A stretch of 24,000 nucleotides of DNA from Paratissierella segnis. GTDB taxonomy: Bacteria; Bacillota; Clostridia; Tissierellales; Tissierellaceae. The stretch lies in NCBI RefSeq assembly GCF_014385195.1, contig NZ_JACRTG010000004.1, forward strand, positions 20,851-44,850. Reading direction: 5' to 3'. Made by a program: the position numbers and the translations under genes. Under the pieces are notes generated by a model. The model was not told the origin of the DNA, did no database searches, and worked only from the letters and a program-made list of their open reading frames with translations. This document shows, in pieces, positions 7,134 to 16,879 of the stretch (its first letter is position 1; each line of letters starts with the position of its first letter).

Positions 7134-7815
7134 ATGAAAAAAATATGTACTAGTCTTTTATTAATAATGTTAATTATAATGGCTTCAACATGATACGAAC
7201 TATATTCTTAATTACAATTATGGGAAATATATAGAAGCTATATTTGATTTGGATTTTCAGTATTATCCTGAGACTAAGGATTCGTATGAGAAAATTTGGG
7301 AAGAAGGACAGGAAGTTTTAGCTTCTTTTAAAAAACTGGATGATCTTATTTTAGCAGATAGAGAAAAATATAAGGAAGAAGTAAAAGTTCTAAATGATAT
7401 TTTAGACGATTATGTTCCCCGAGGTATTTTCAACAAAGATGAAATATATACTTTTAGAAAATTAGACACCGAAAATACTTTCTTATATACAAGGATTATG
7501 AAGAATGATGAAGAAGTGTTAATTAAGATTGAATCATCGTTTAATAATGAAGGGAAGCTTATTCGATATCATTTAAAGAATCATGGATATAATTTAGAAG
7601 AAAATGAATTGACTCAGGCTGAAACCTTAAATCTAGCCAATGAATTTGTAAATAAATATGTGGGGGAGAGTGTTGAAATAATCAAAATTCCTGATTTATA
7701 TCCCAGCCTTTATGAAGAGGGGAAACATGAAAGTTATGGGGATAAAGATGGGAAATATACTGTAGTTGTTGATTTGGAACATGGCTTTGTAGAGTATTTC
7801 GCGATTCTACTATAG
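7134..7815 (+). pseudogene. Disrupted gene for a secreted or anchored protein of unknown function: signal peptide in one frame, body in the +1 frame
   Basis: A GGGAGGA RBS (7121-7127) precedes ATG 7134, which encodes MKKICTSLLLIMLIIMAST and then a stop at 7191-7193. The 188-aa body (track ORF 7249-7815, TTG start, no RBS) is open in the next frame from 7180 (WLQHDTNYILNYNYGKYIEAIFD...). A single indel near 7180-7190 would fuse the two parts. Confidence 0.5.
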
Positions 7816-7943
7816 AGATGCAAACTCGTTAATCTATGTATGCCTTTAGAAGATGCCCTACGAAAATAGATTGGAATATAAATGTTTTAATTTTGATCCA
7901 ACTCTTTGGGTATATATGAAACAAATAAGTTTTGGAGGGAAAT

Positions 7944-8393
7944 ATGCAAGAATTTGATTTTGTATTAAAAGAGACAGATGGTAAAGATATTTCATTAAAG
8001 GATTTTAGAGGTAAAAATGTTGTACTGTACTTTTATCCCAAGGATAATACTTCAGGATGTACGGCTGAGGCGTTAGAATTCGTGGAACTTTTAGATGAAT
8101 TTGAAGAATATAATACAGTTGTTATAGGGGTAAGCAGGGACAGCTTAAAATCTCATGCTAAATTTAAGGATAAATTCGATATTCCATTTTTGCTTCTTAG
8201 CGACGAAACAAAAGAGGTACACAATTTGTTTAATGTAATGAAAATGAAGAAATTATATGGTAAGGAGCATTTGGGCGTTGAGAGATCAACATTCGTATTT
8301 GACCGTGAAGGCAACCTTATTAAAGAATTTAGAAATGTAAAGGCAAAGGGTCATGCTAGGCAAGTATTGGATTTTGTAAGTAGTATAGATTAA
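7944..8393 (+). CDS. bcp: Thiol peroxidase / peroxiredoxin, Bcp type
   Basis: FYPKDNTSGCTAEA active-site block. I place the start at ATG 7944, after the GGAGGG RBS; the track start 7932 is a TTG inside the RBS. Confidence 0.88.
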   Translation: MQEFDFVLKETDGKDISLKDFRGKNVVLYFYPKDNTSGCTAEALEFVELLDEFEEYNTVVIGVSRDSLKSHAKFKDKFDIPFLLLSDETKEVHNLFNVMKMKKLYGKEHLGVERSTFVFDREGNLIKEFRNVKAKGHARQVLDFVSSID

Positions 8394-8422
8394 ATTGTGC
8401 TCTATTAAAAGAGGTGATTATT

Positions 8423-8686
8423 ATGGTATCTAAGAAAAAGAATAGTAATCCAAATGACATTGAACTAATGCCATTGAAATCAATCAATAACAATTATGAA
8501 TTAGATATAATAAAGAGCATTTTGGATGATAATAATATTCCATATATTGTAAAAGAATATGGTCCCGGTGGGCATATGAAAATCATTGGCGGGGAAACGA
8601 CAATTTATGGGACTGAGATTTTAGTGGAAAAATCAACATATGAACAAGCTAAAGATTTACTGGATCAAATGACATTTGAAGAATAG
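8423..8686 (+). CDS. DUF2007-like small protein (putative signal-transducing protein fold)
   Basis: 87 aa from ATG 8423, after an AGAGGTG RBS. The pattern ELDIIKSILDDNNIPYIVKE ... ILVEKSTYEQAKDLL is typical of DUF2007 as I recall it. Confidence 0.6.
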   Translation: MVSKKKNSNPNDIELMPLKSINNNYELDIIKSILDDNNIPYIVKEYGPGGHMKIIGGETTIYGTEILVEKSTYEQAKDLLDQMTFEE

Positions 8687-8692
8687 CAAATA

Positions 8693-8727
8693 AAAGCCTT
8701 ATTGTTGGGAATCAGCAATAAGGCTTT
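8693..8727. terminator. Bidirectional intrinsic terminator between convergent genes
   Basis: AAAGCCTTATTGTTG - GGAAT - CAGCAATAAGGCTTT, a 15-bp stem with one G-U pair and T-rich flanks on both strands. Confidence 0.75.
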
Positions 8728-8731
8728 GTTG

Positions 8732-10129
8732 TTATTTAATTGATGTAATCCTCCAAGATTCATTTACTTGTTCCGCTTTTATATCAAAAGTAGAAGTGGA
8801 TACATCATCAGGTACGCTTGTTTTTAATGTAAAATCAATTCTATAGCTATAATCCCCGGTTTTAGATATTTTATAGGAATCCACCCAAGGGCTTGAAGTA
8901 CCGGTTACAAAGTTTAATTCATATAGTGTTGAATATTTTTCTTTTCTTAATTTATCAGACAATAGACCGTATTGAACTGCTCCATTTCTAGATGTTACTG
9001 CATCTGCATACATTTCCACAGCTTCTTTTTCTGACGATGGAAATCGGAAATCTTTAATAAGTCTATCAAAATTGTTTTCATATCCATCCTTGTCAAAAGC
9101 CCTTACTGCAAAGCTGCCATCACTTAAATATCCTAAATATATATTTTCGTCCAGTGTATCCCTAAAAAATTGAAATGGAACATAGGTAATTCCATCTATT
9201 ATAAATTGAGAATCATCTTTAATAGCACCTTTGCCGTCAATAATTGCTCCATCATTTCTATTCCAGCTAATTTTATATCCCATTGCTTCAGCCATATCTC
9301 TTAAAGGAATAAGAGGCATGTCTTTCTCAAGTACCTTGTGCCCACCTTTTATATCATTTCCGTTATAATTGATATAACCCCTTTCTGCTCCATCTTTAAT
9401 TGAATTATATATATTATCTTTTAGTAAATCCTTGATTTGATCCAATTCAATTTCAAATTGTGGAATTCCTGAGGCGTAAGCAGCTATTTCATATAAGCCA
9501 AAATAAATCACAAGTTTGTTACCGTTTAAATAATAGTCGAACTCGCCATTTTTTTCCAGAATGGTTTGTGAGGTACTATCCACGTAAGTTTCTGGATCTT
9601 CTTTTATAGATGAAATAATCAGCTCATTTACAAGTTTTGTTCCGGCTTTTGAATCCTTAAACAAGTCTTTAAAGCCATATATTTCACCAGTTGATATATT
9701 TGCAGTAATGGAATTTATAAAGTTCATTCCATGGGCGCCGCCTGAATAGGTGTCGATGTACAACTGTACTGAAAGAATATCTCCATTTAGCGAATAATCA
9801 TAGTAAATATCCAAAGTGGATCTTGCATTGAAGGTTTCATTGAAGGTTTCTCCATTCTTTATGGCTTCTTCCTTTATTTTCTCTAATTCTATCCCTGTAG
9901 TTCGGGCATCTCCAATATAATCGATTACTAAGTTTCTTATTTTTGTGTTGATTTCATCAGCTCCCTTAAAGCCTTCAAAATATGGAACTGCAACATTGAT
10001 ATTGCATAAACCTTCGTCAAGTTTTACGACACTTTGTTTTACTGCGAAGCCATCATCCGCATATGATGGGATCACAGCAGCTACAGCCATTACTATGGCC
10101 AAAATAAATACTAAATATTTTTTCATCAT
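8732..10129 (-). CDS. Secreted protein with a DUF3298/DUF4163 (RsiV/PdaC-like) domain, a copper-amine-oxidase-N-like stalk domain and a C-terminal domain of unknown function
   Basis: 465 aa with a signal peptide. YSGGAHGMNF is the hallmark block of DUF3298. PLIPLRDMAEAMGYKISWN resembles the Cu_amine_oxidN1 repeat. Confidence 0.7.
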   Translation of the reverse strand: MMKKYLVFILAIVMAVAAVIPSYADDGFAVKQSVVKLDEGLCNINVAVPYFEGFKGADEINTKIRNLVIDYIGDARTTGIELEKIKEEAIKNGETFNETFNARSTLDIYYDYSLNGDILSVQLYIDTYSGGAHGMNFINSITANISTGEIYGFKDLFKDSKAGTKLVNELIISSIKEDPETYVDSTSQTILEKNGEFDYYLNGNKLVIYFGLYEIAAYASGIPQFEIELDQIKDLLKDNIYNSIKDGAERGYINYNGNDIKGGHKVLEKDMPLIPLRDMAEAMGYKISWNRNDGAIIDGKGAIKDDSQFIIDGITYVPFQFFRDTLDENIYLGYLSDGSFAVRAFDKDGYENNFDRLIKDFRFPSSEKEAVEMYADAVTSRNGAVQYGLLSDKLRKEKYSTLYELNFVTGTSSPWVDSYKISKTGDYSYRIDFTLKTSVPDDVSTSTFDIKAEQVNESWRITSIK

Positions 10130-10290
10130 AAAAACCCCTTTCGCATCTTTTTAATTATACTTTACCACCGGTAGAAGTATTTGGGGTGACAAAAGGGTTA
10201 CATAGTTAATAAATTATTGATAAATATCAACATAATGATATAGTTAATATTATAGAAGTTTGATAAAATTATTGGAGGATTAAATGAAGC

Positions 10291-10800
10291 ATGAATACAG
10301 ATTTTGTCGAAGTTACATTAACTACAGTAAGTAAGGGCTTACTTGAGGAAGTTTTGGATATATATGTTACTAATGCAGAATATTTTAAAGTCTCATCAGG
10401 TGAAAAACCTTCATTGGAAACTATCATTGAAGATAAAAACGAGATACCGCCAGGTTTGAAATTAGAAAACAAAAATTATAAATTGATAAAAAAAGGCGGA
10501 CTTAATATTGGAGTAGTAGACTATTTAGAAGGCTATCCGGATAAAGATACAGTGTATATAGGATTATTAATGATTCATGGGGACTATCATAGGCAGGGAT
10601 ATGGAAGAGCTTTCATAGATAGATTCGCAAGAGATATGAAATTAAAAGGCTATAAGAGACTAAGATTAGGGGTGCTGGAACAAAATAAAAAAGCTTTTGA
10701 GTTTTGGACTAAAATGGGATTTGAAGCAGTAAAGGAGGTAAATAGCACAATTCATCCGGAAAGAAATTGGAAAATTAAAGTCATGGAAAAAGTTATTTGA
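10291..10800 (+). CDS. GNAT family N-acetyltransferase
   Basis: 169 aa with HRQGYGRAFI and a C-terminal FWTKMGF. Confidence 0.8.
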   Translation: MNTDFVEVTLTTVSKGLLEEVLDIYVTNAEYFKVSSGEKPSLETIIEDKNEIPPGLKLENKNYKLIKKGGLNIGVVDYLEGYPDKDTVYIGLLMIHGDYHRQGYGRAFIDRFARDMKLKGYKRLRLGVLEQNKKAFEFWTKMGFEAVKEVNSTIHPERNWKIKVMEKVI

Positions 10801-10903
10801 GCGAAATTGGAGTAAAATATGATATAGTAAAATAAATATATTTTTGAAACTTAGCTATTGTGATAGATTACAAGAAGCATAGCAAAAAATAATCTTAGGG
10901 GCG

Positions 10904-11707
10904 ATGACTGTGAAAATAGAAGATTTACGTAAATTAGAAAATGAAACTGAAAGAGTATCTGCTCTTTATGATATTTTTGATGAAGGGACAAGACTATCTA
11001 CTAAATCAACACAAATTGAATTTCTAACGACAATAAGGCAAATAGAAAAGCATCTAAGATCAGGAATGAGAATTCTAGATTTAGGAGCCGGAACAGGAAA
11101 ATATAGCATATATTTTGCAAAACATGGTTATGAAGTTACTGCAGTCGAGCTGGTAGAAAAACATGTTAAGGAGATTAGAGATAGAGTGAGTTTGGACATG
11201 CCTATCCAAGTATTTCAGGGCAATGCTTTAGATTTATCTATGATTGAAGATAATACATATGATATTGTACTATGTTTTGGACCATTGTATCATTTAACAA
11301 AAATTGAAGATAGGATGCAATGCATAAAAGAGGCAAAGCGAGTGTGTAAGGCTAATGGCAAGATGTTCTTTGCATTTATTTCAAATGATATGGTCATCAC
11401 TACTGAAACATTTTTGTATACTCCCGATTTTTTATTGAGTGATTTATATGATCACAATAGTTTTAAGGTCGAAGATTTTCCTTTTGTTTTTCATACGATA
11501 GACGATTGCAGAGGACTATTGAGAAATGCAAATGTTAAAATAATATCGGAAGTAGCAGCTGACGGTTTAAGTGAACTCTTTGCAGATAAAATCAATAGTA
11601 TGGATGAAGAAAGCTATATTCAATGGTTAAATTTCCACTTTTATTGTTGTGAAAGACCTGAATTTTTAGGAGCAAGCAATCATTTGTTGTTTGTAGGAGA
11701 AAAGTAA
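10904..11707 (+). CDS. Class I SAM-dependent methyltransferase
   Basis: Motif I ILDLGAGTGKYSIYFAKHGYEVTAVE, plus post-I and motif II-like blocks (DIVLCFGPLYHL). Confidence 0.85.
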   Translation: MTVKIEDLRKLENETERVSALYDIFDEGTRLSTKSTQIEFLTTIRQIEKHLRSGMRILDLGAGTGKYSIYFAKHGYEVTAVELVEKHVKEIRDRVSLDMPIQVFQGNALDLSMIEDNTYDIVLCFGPLYHLTKIEDRMQCIKEAKRVCKANGKMFFAFISNDMVITTETFLYTPDFLLSDLYDHNSFKVEDFPFVFHTIDDCRGLLRNANVKIISEVAADGLSELFADKINSMDEESYIQWLNFHFYCCERPEFLGASNHLLFVGEK

Positions 11708-11730
11708 ATTTTTACAAAGGAGTGTTTTTT

Positions 11731-12093
11731 ATGACCGGAAGAGAGCTTGTGGTATGTTTGTGGGATGAAATGGCAAGTCAGAATTGGGATAAAGTGAAAT
11801 TATGTTTTGACGAAAATGCAATAATTCGTTGGCATAATACAAATGAATCTTTTAATGTCGAGGAGTTTATTTTGGTAAACAGCAAATACCCTGGGAATTG
11901 GAACATATCAATTAAGCGGATTGAACAGTCCCAAAATGTGATTATTAGTGTAGCATTGGCACAGTCCTTAGATAGTGATGTGTGTGCATATGCAACATCT
12001 TTTTTTGAAGTTGAAAATGGTAAAATAATTTGTTTGGATGAATATTGGGGAGACGTTACTGACAGACCACAGTGGAGAGAAGCTGTAGTGTAG
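11731..12093 (+). CDS. SnoaL-like / NTF2-fold small protein
   Basis: 120 aa from ATG 11731, after an AAGGAG RBS. The size and the pattern W..M....WD.V...F.E.A ... E.GKI fit the NTF2-like fold. This is a weak assignment. Confidence 0.45.
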   Translation: MTGRELVVCLWDEMASQNWDKVKLCFDENAIIRWHNTNESFNVEEFILVNSKYPGNWNISIKRIEQSQNVIISVALAQSLDSDVCAYATSFFEVENGKIICLDEYWGDVTDRPQWREAVV

Positions 12094-12095
12094 GA

Positions 12096-12791
12096 CTACT
12101 TGTCCAACTCTATATCAATAGGTGAGCCTATTGATATAGAGTTTTTATCTATTATAGAATCGTAAGCCAGTATCTCCACACCTTTTTCACTAGCTAACCT
12201 TACAGCTTCTGAAAATTTATTATCCATTTTCCAATTGAGCCTAAAAACCTTTGGACCTTTCATTTGTATTAGAAAAAATATAATTCCCCTATATCCTTGT
12301 TTTACAGCCTCAATCATTTCAAGTGCATGTTTTGTACCCCTTTCAGTCGGGGCATCCGGGAACATGGATATTCCGTCATTTTCTAGAGTAACCCCTTTTA
12401 CTTCTATAAAACCTTTCTTAACCTCATCTTCAAAATATATATCAAATCTGGAATTATTAAAACTTACTTCTCTCTTTATATAAGTTAAATTTGTAAGCCC
12501 ATCTATACTATTTTCGCGAAGTGCATTGTATACTACAAAATTAGGAACCTGAGAGTCCATATTAATTAACATATCATTTTTCCATACAGAAATTAATGAA
12601 TATTTTGTCTTCCTATTAGGGTTTGAAGAACAATCCTCTAATATTACTTTTACTCCTGGGATAAGGAGTTCTCGGCACCTACCCGTATTTTTAACATGTA
12701 CTGTTTCTTTTTTTCCATTTATCAATACATGAGAAATAAATCTATTTGGTCTATTTAAAAATATTCCTTCAACTATTTTTTCGTATTGCAT
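12096..12791 (-). CDS. sfsA: Sugar fermentation stimulation protein A homolog (SfsA, nuclease-fold DNA-binding protein)
   Basis: The N-terminus GIFLNRPNRFISHVLINGKKETVHVKNTGRCRELL and the later block FPDAPTERGTKHL-like are characteristic. I place the start at ATG 12791, after an AAGGTG RBS. Confidence 0.85.
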   Translation of the reverse strand: MQYEKIVEGIFLNRPNRFISHVLINGKKETVHVKNTGRCRELLIPGVKVILEDCSSNPNRKTKYSLISVWKNDMLINMDSQVPNFVVYNALRENSIDGLTNLTYIKREVSFNNSRFDIYFEDEVKKGFIEVKGVTLENDGISMFPDAPTERGTKHALEMIEAVKQGYRGIIFFLIQMKGPKVFRLNWKMDNKFSEAVRLASEKGVEILAYDSIIDKNSISIGSPIDIELDK

Positions 12792-12937
12792 AACCATCAC
12801 CTTATAATTTTAAGAAACTTATTTAATTGTAACATTAAGAGACATCTATGGCAAATTTAAGAGGAAATGCTGATTAAGTGTTCTTTACTGTATTTTCAAT
12901 ATTTGTGTTATTGTTTGGATATATATATGATTTTTAT

Positions 12938-12976
12938 AAAAAAATAGTGAAGGTAGCTAGATGCAGCTACTTTCAC
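12938..12976 (-). terminator. Intrinsic terminator downstream of 13000-13425
   Basis: On the minus strand, GTGAAAGTAGCT - loop - AGCTACCTTCAC followed by a T7 run (plus A-run 12938-12944). Confidence 0.8.
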
Positions 12977-12999
12977 CGGAACATATACATTTGGAGGGA

Positions 13000-13425
13000 C
13001 TAGTCTTCCTTAGGTTTTATACTCTTAGGGATTGCTCTTTTAGGCAATACTTTGTCAACTTCTTCCTGAAACTGTTCCTCTGTAATCTCCCCATTTAACA
13101 ATTTAGTTTTTAATTCCCTAAGTTTTGCCTTGGTTTCTTCCGGCAATTCCTTTTTAGGAACTTCTTCATTACATTGGGTTTTATTTGGAAACAATTTTTT
13201 CATTTCTTCATGAAATTGCTCTTTTGTTATTTCACCCGTTTTTAGTTTTTCTTTTAGCTCTTTTACTTTAAGCTTTGTTTCTTCGGGAATCTCTTCCATT
13301 TTTAAATTACCGTTATCGTTTTTTAAAATTTGAATCCTATCAAAATCATTATTTGCAAAGGAAACAGCAGGTATAGATAAAACTAAAGATAGTGCCAATA
13401 GTATTATTCTCTTTTTCAAAATCAT
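13000..13425 (-). CDS. Secreted protein with two SHOCT-like repeats
   Basis: 141 aa with a signal peptide and an internal duplication: PEETKLKVKELKEKLKTGEITKEQFHEEMKKLFP and PEETKAKLRELKTKLLNGEITEEQFQEEVDKVLP. Confidence 0.6.
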   Translation of the reverse strand: MILKKRIILLALSLVLSIPAVSFANNDFDRIQILKNDNGNLKMEEIPEETKLKVKELKEKLKTGEITKEQFHEEMKKLFPNKTQCNEEVPKKELPEETKAKLRELKTKLLNGEITEEQFQEEVDKVLPKRAIPKSIKPKED

Positions 13426-13784
13426 AAGATCACTCCCTTAATTTTATTTTTGCCTCCATTTTTATTATGTGTTAATAAATCATAATAACTATAGAATAAA
13501 AAGGTAATTTTTTAAGAAATTGCTTTTATATAGTGAAATAAAAGCGCTAATATAATATAATCTTATTTACATGGTTAAATATTAATAGGCGGGAAAAAAT
13601 TATGATTACCAATGACTTTTTATTTTTATATTGACTTTGATAAATGGAGAAAAATATGCTTTAAAAGCTATGATTTAAAAATTTTAATTTAATCTGGAAT
13701 AGAACTAAACTTGCATTGGTATTATTATTTAGAATCAACATATATTAGTGAACGTAAGAGTGAGTATTTTAATGAACAAAAGGG

Positions 13785-14741
13785 ATGATTAAATTGTTAG
13801 ATTTAATATTGTTAGGTAGTGGCGGTGGAATGCCTATGCCAAATAGGCATCTATCCTCACTTTTGTTAAGTTATCAGGGCCGAAAGATATTGATTGATTG
13901 CGGAGAAGGCACACAGGTTGCTATGAGGAAGATGAATACCGGGTTTAAATCCATTGATATCATATGTATTACACATTTTCATGGGGACCATATCTTTGGG
14001 TTACCGGGATTGCTTTCCACTATTGGGAATAGTGACAGAACTGAGCCTATTATTATAATAGGTCCTCATGGGCTGAAGGCTGTGCTAAAAGGAATCCTTA
14101 TAACAACTTATCTTCCTTATGATATATATATTATAGAAAATTCTGAGACTTCATTGGGATTTATATTGGATTCTAAACTTCTTAAGTTAAATGAGTTTCA
14201 AGGGAACGGGAAGAATGATATGATTATAGACACAATAGAGCTTGAGCATTCATCTCCTTGTGTAGGCTACAGTTTTTATTTTTCAAGGGCACCCAAATTT
14301 CTTATCGAGAAAGCATCTTTGAACAATGTGCCCCAAGATATTTGGAAAAGACTTCAAAAAGGGGAAAATGTGTTCTATAATGGAGAATTATATGAACCAA
14401 ATATGGTTTTGGGAGAAGAGCGAAGGGGCATTAAGCTATCATATATTACGGATTCCAGACCTGTAGATGCAATTCCTGAATTTATAAAAGGCAGCGATTT
14501 ATTTGTATGTGAGGGCACTTATGGAAGTGATGAGGATTTGGATAAGGCGATGAAAAACTTTCATATGACTTTTTCTGAGGCTTCCAAATTAGCATCAAAA
14601 GGAGAAGTCAAGGAATTATTGTTAACACATTTTAGCACTTCTATTGAAAATCCCGAGGAATATAAGGAAGACGCAAAAAAGATATTTGAAAATACAATAA
14701 TAGGTTACGATGGTTTAGAAAAGACAATCAGGTATCAATGA
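13785..14741 (+). CDS. rnz: Ribonuclease Z (metallo-beta-lactamase fold tRNA 3' endonuclease)
   Basis: LLGSGGGMP, HLSSLLL, ILIDCGEGTQ and the HFHGDH motif. The start could be ATG 13785 or TTG 13794. Confidence 0.85.
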   Translation: MIKLLDLILLGSGGGMPMPNRHLSSLLLSYQGRKILIDCGEGTQVAMRKMNTGFKSIDIICITHFHGDHIFGLPGLLSTIGNSDRTEPIIIIGPHGLKAVLKGILITTYLPYDIYIIENSETSLGFILDSKLLKLNEFQGNGKNDMIIDTIELEHSSPCVGYSFYFSRAPKFLIEKASLNNVPQDIWKRLQKGENVFYNGELYEPNMVLGEERRGIKLSYITDSRPVDAIPEFIKGSDLFVCEGTYGSDEDLDKAMKNFHMTFSEASKLASKGEVKELLLTHFSTSIENPEEYKEDAKKIFENTIIGYDGLEKTIRYQ

Positions 14742-14807
14742 TATCTATAAATAGAAGAGGTAAATTAGCAATAGGTGGGAATAACCCATGGCGAATGGAA
14801 AATATAA

Positions 14808-16082
14808 CTAAAGATACATCAATACTTCTGCTTTAAACAGATTATCCGTATAGCTATACTCAAGGAGTCCATTATATTTTTCAAGAGTGGACTCTATATT
14901 TTTGAGCCCAAGCCCGTGATTATCCTTATCATCTTTAGTGGTTATTAAACCTTTGGCGCCTACAGATATCTTTCCATCAAAATTATTTTGGATTTGGATT
15001 ATAAGTACCCCACGGTCATACTTTATAGATACCCAAATAGTTCTGTTTTCCTTTAATTTTTTCAAAGCTTCTACAGAATTATCGAGAAGATTTCCAAGGA
15101 TAACAACCATGTCAAAAGATTCCAACTCCAAATCGGAAGGAACTTTAATATCAAGATGGGTATTTACGCCTATGGACTTTACATAGTCAAGCTTATAATT
15201 TAATATACTGTCTATCACAAGATTTCCGGACTCCACAATTTTACTGTTAAAGGGGGCGTATTTTTCAAGCTGGTTTATATAGTTTAGAGCTCTGGAGATC
15301 TCATTTTCTCTTATAAGGGAGCCGATAGCTCCTATGTGGTTAGCTATATCGTGTTTTAGAGAAGCAGTTTTTTCTACAGAAGATTTCATAAGCCAAAATT
15401 GATTATCATAGTATCTTTTTTCCTGCTCCAATATGGATTTTTCAATCTTCATTTCAGCAGAGGATTTCAGCGCATCATATAGGTAAAATAAGAGAACGAT
15501 AATCAGAAATAAGAGAGAAATGATTATGCTTGCTTTGACAGTATGTATTTGTGAGTCTACAAGAGCAACCACTATATATAGGGAGCTTAAAGATATAATT
15601 AAAATGGACAACCAATAGCTTGTGGAAAGTTCGAAACCCTTTTTAATATTGCTATAGTTTTCAATAAACAAAGCTGCAAAAAATCCAATAAGTTTTGAGA
15701 AAATATATCCCAGTGAAAATGAATATCCTGGGTTTTTGCCAAATACGGATATGACCAGATAACCTGTTAATAAAGAAACAATAGTTTCTGAAATCATTAA
15801 AATTAAATATATTAAAAATACTGCTATAAATCTATTTTTATATGTAGCTTCATAATTAAATGAAATAAGAGCCAGTAATATAATATTACTTACAAGTGTA
15901 ATGATAGGTATATTTACTATTAAATATAAGGCGCTTATAATGAAATAATAAGAAAAATAAGATAATATCTCTATTTTATTGTTTGAGGCTATATCTTTAA
16001 AAAATACATGCATAAGCTTATATATTGTATATACATATATCAATTCCGATGACAGATAAATGATATAATTGTTTAAATCCAT
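14808..16082 (-). CDS. agrC: AgrC-like (HPK10, GHKL) membrane sensor histidine kinase
   Basis: About 200 aa of polytopic N-terminus, H-box SLKHDIANHI, N-box LGNLLDNSVEA and G-box HGLGLKNI. I place the start at ATG 16082, 6 nt after GGAGGAG and 1 nt after the regulator stop; the track gives 16100. Confidence 0.85.
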   Translation of the reverse strand: MDLNNYIIYLSSELIYVYTIYKLMHVFFKDIASNNKIEILSYFSYYFIISALYLIVNIPIITLVSNIILLALISFNYEATYKNRFIAVFLIYLILMISETIVSLLTGYLVISVFGKNPGYSFSLGYIFSKLIGFFAALFIENYSNIKKGFELSTSYWLSILIISLSSLYIVVALVDSQIHTVKASIIISLLFLIIVLLFYLYDALKSSAEMKIEKSILEQEKRYYDNQFWLMKSSVEKTASLKHDIANHIGAIGSLIRENEISRALNYINQLEKYAPFNSKIVESGNLVIDSILNYKLDYVKSIGVNTHLDIKVPSDLELESFDMVVILGNLLDNSVEALKKLKENRTIWVSIKYDRGVLIIQIQNNFDGKISVGAKGLITTKDDKDNHGLGLKNIESTLEKYNGLLEYSYTDNLFKAEVLMYL

Positions 16083-16083
16083 A

Positions 16084-16803
16084 TTATTCTCCTCCACCAA
16101 CCAATCTAATAAGCTTTTCTCTCATGGATTTTCTTCTGGATTGGCTTATTGGAAGTTCTATATTATTAGACATAATTACTCTATCGTACAAATAGGACCT
16201 TATATAAAGGTTATTTACTAAATAGGACTTGTGGATATAAAGGAAACCTAGATTTTTGACTTTATCATACACATAATCCATAGAACCATAAAAAGAATCC
16301 CTGCTATCTTTTGTAATTATATTTATCTTTCTATCATCACTTTCAAAGTATATTATATCCTTTGACTCTATTTTGTTGTAAGTATGTCCTTTTTTATACT
16401 GAAAATAGCTATTTTTCGAGTTAATAATCCTAAGAGCAGTAAGAAATAATTCCTCAACATGTTCTAAATGCAAAGGCTTAATTAAGAAATCTATCGGCCT
16501 TATTTGAAAAAGATCCATAGCATAGCTTTGTTTTCCTGAAATATATGCTATCTGTGTGCTATCATCCATCATATCATTTCTGATTTTTAAGCCTAATTGA
16601 ATACCATCCATATCCTCCATCTCAATGTCAAGAAATATTAAATCAAAGGAATTTTCATCCATTATATGATTTAGCAGTTCTACTCCAGAGAAAAAAACAT
16701 CAATTTCAACAAGGACTGAATGCTTTTTACCAAGTTCAATAAGCATTTTATCAAGCTGAGAGGTAACTTCTACCACATCATCACAAATAGCAATTTTTAG
16801 CAT
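16084..16803 (-). CDS. agrA: LytTR-family response regulator (AgrA-like)
   Basis: Receiver domain (KIAICDD ... DLIFLDIEMEDMDG) plus a C-terminal LytTR-type DNA-binding domain. I place the start at ATG 16803, after an AAGGAGGG RBS. Confidence 0.85.
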   Translation of the reverse strand: MLKIAICDDVVEVTSQLDKMLIELGKKHSVLVEIDVFFSGVELLNHIMDENSFDLIFLDIEMEDMDGIQLGLKIRNDMMDDSTQIAYISGKQSYAMDLFQIRPIDFLIKPLHLEHVEELFLTALRIINSKNSYFQYKKGHTYNKIESKDIIYFESDDRKINIITKDSRDSFYGSMDYVYDKVKNLGFLYIHKSYLVNNLYIRSYLYDRVIMSNNIELPISQSRRKSMREKLIRLVGGGE

Positions 16804-16828
16804 GTCCATCCCTCCTTTAATTATTAAC

Positions 16829-16857
16829 ATTATACCAATAATTTTAAATTTCTACAA
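16829..16857 (-). promoter_or_regulatory. Extended -10 promoter for the regulator-kinase operon
   Basis: On the minus strand, TTGTAG (plus 16852-16857), a 17-nt spacer, then TGGTATAAT (plus 16829-16837). The -35 element lies inside repeat copy 1. Confidence 0.6.
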
Positions 16858-16879
16858 AAATATATATAAATTTCTACAA
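16845..16879. promoter_or_regulatory. Pair of 13-nt direct repeats, candidate LytTR (AgrA-like) binding site
   Basis: TAAATTTCTACAA occurs at 16845-16857 and 16867-16879, a 22-bp period. The pair sits just upstream of a weak -35 and a TATAAA -10 (16896-16901) for agrD. Confidence 0.6.

Noticed and set aside
10284-10334. 16-codon ORF from the ATG 4 nt after the GGAGGA upstream of the GNAT gene
   Set aside because: The spacing to the RBS is too short, it is out of frame with the GNAT, and it ends after 16 codons. The GNAT start at 10291 is retained.
9945-10472. ORFs 9945-10154 (+) and 10269-10472 (-)
   Set aside because: They overlap supported genes on the opposite strand and have no RBS.
12235-12483. 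Plus-strand ORF inside sfsA
   Set aside because: It is an antisense shadow ORF.
14938-15186. Plus-strand ORF inside the kinase gene
   Set aside because: It is an antisense shadow ORF.
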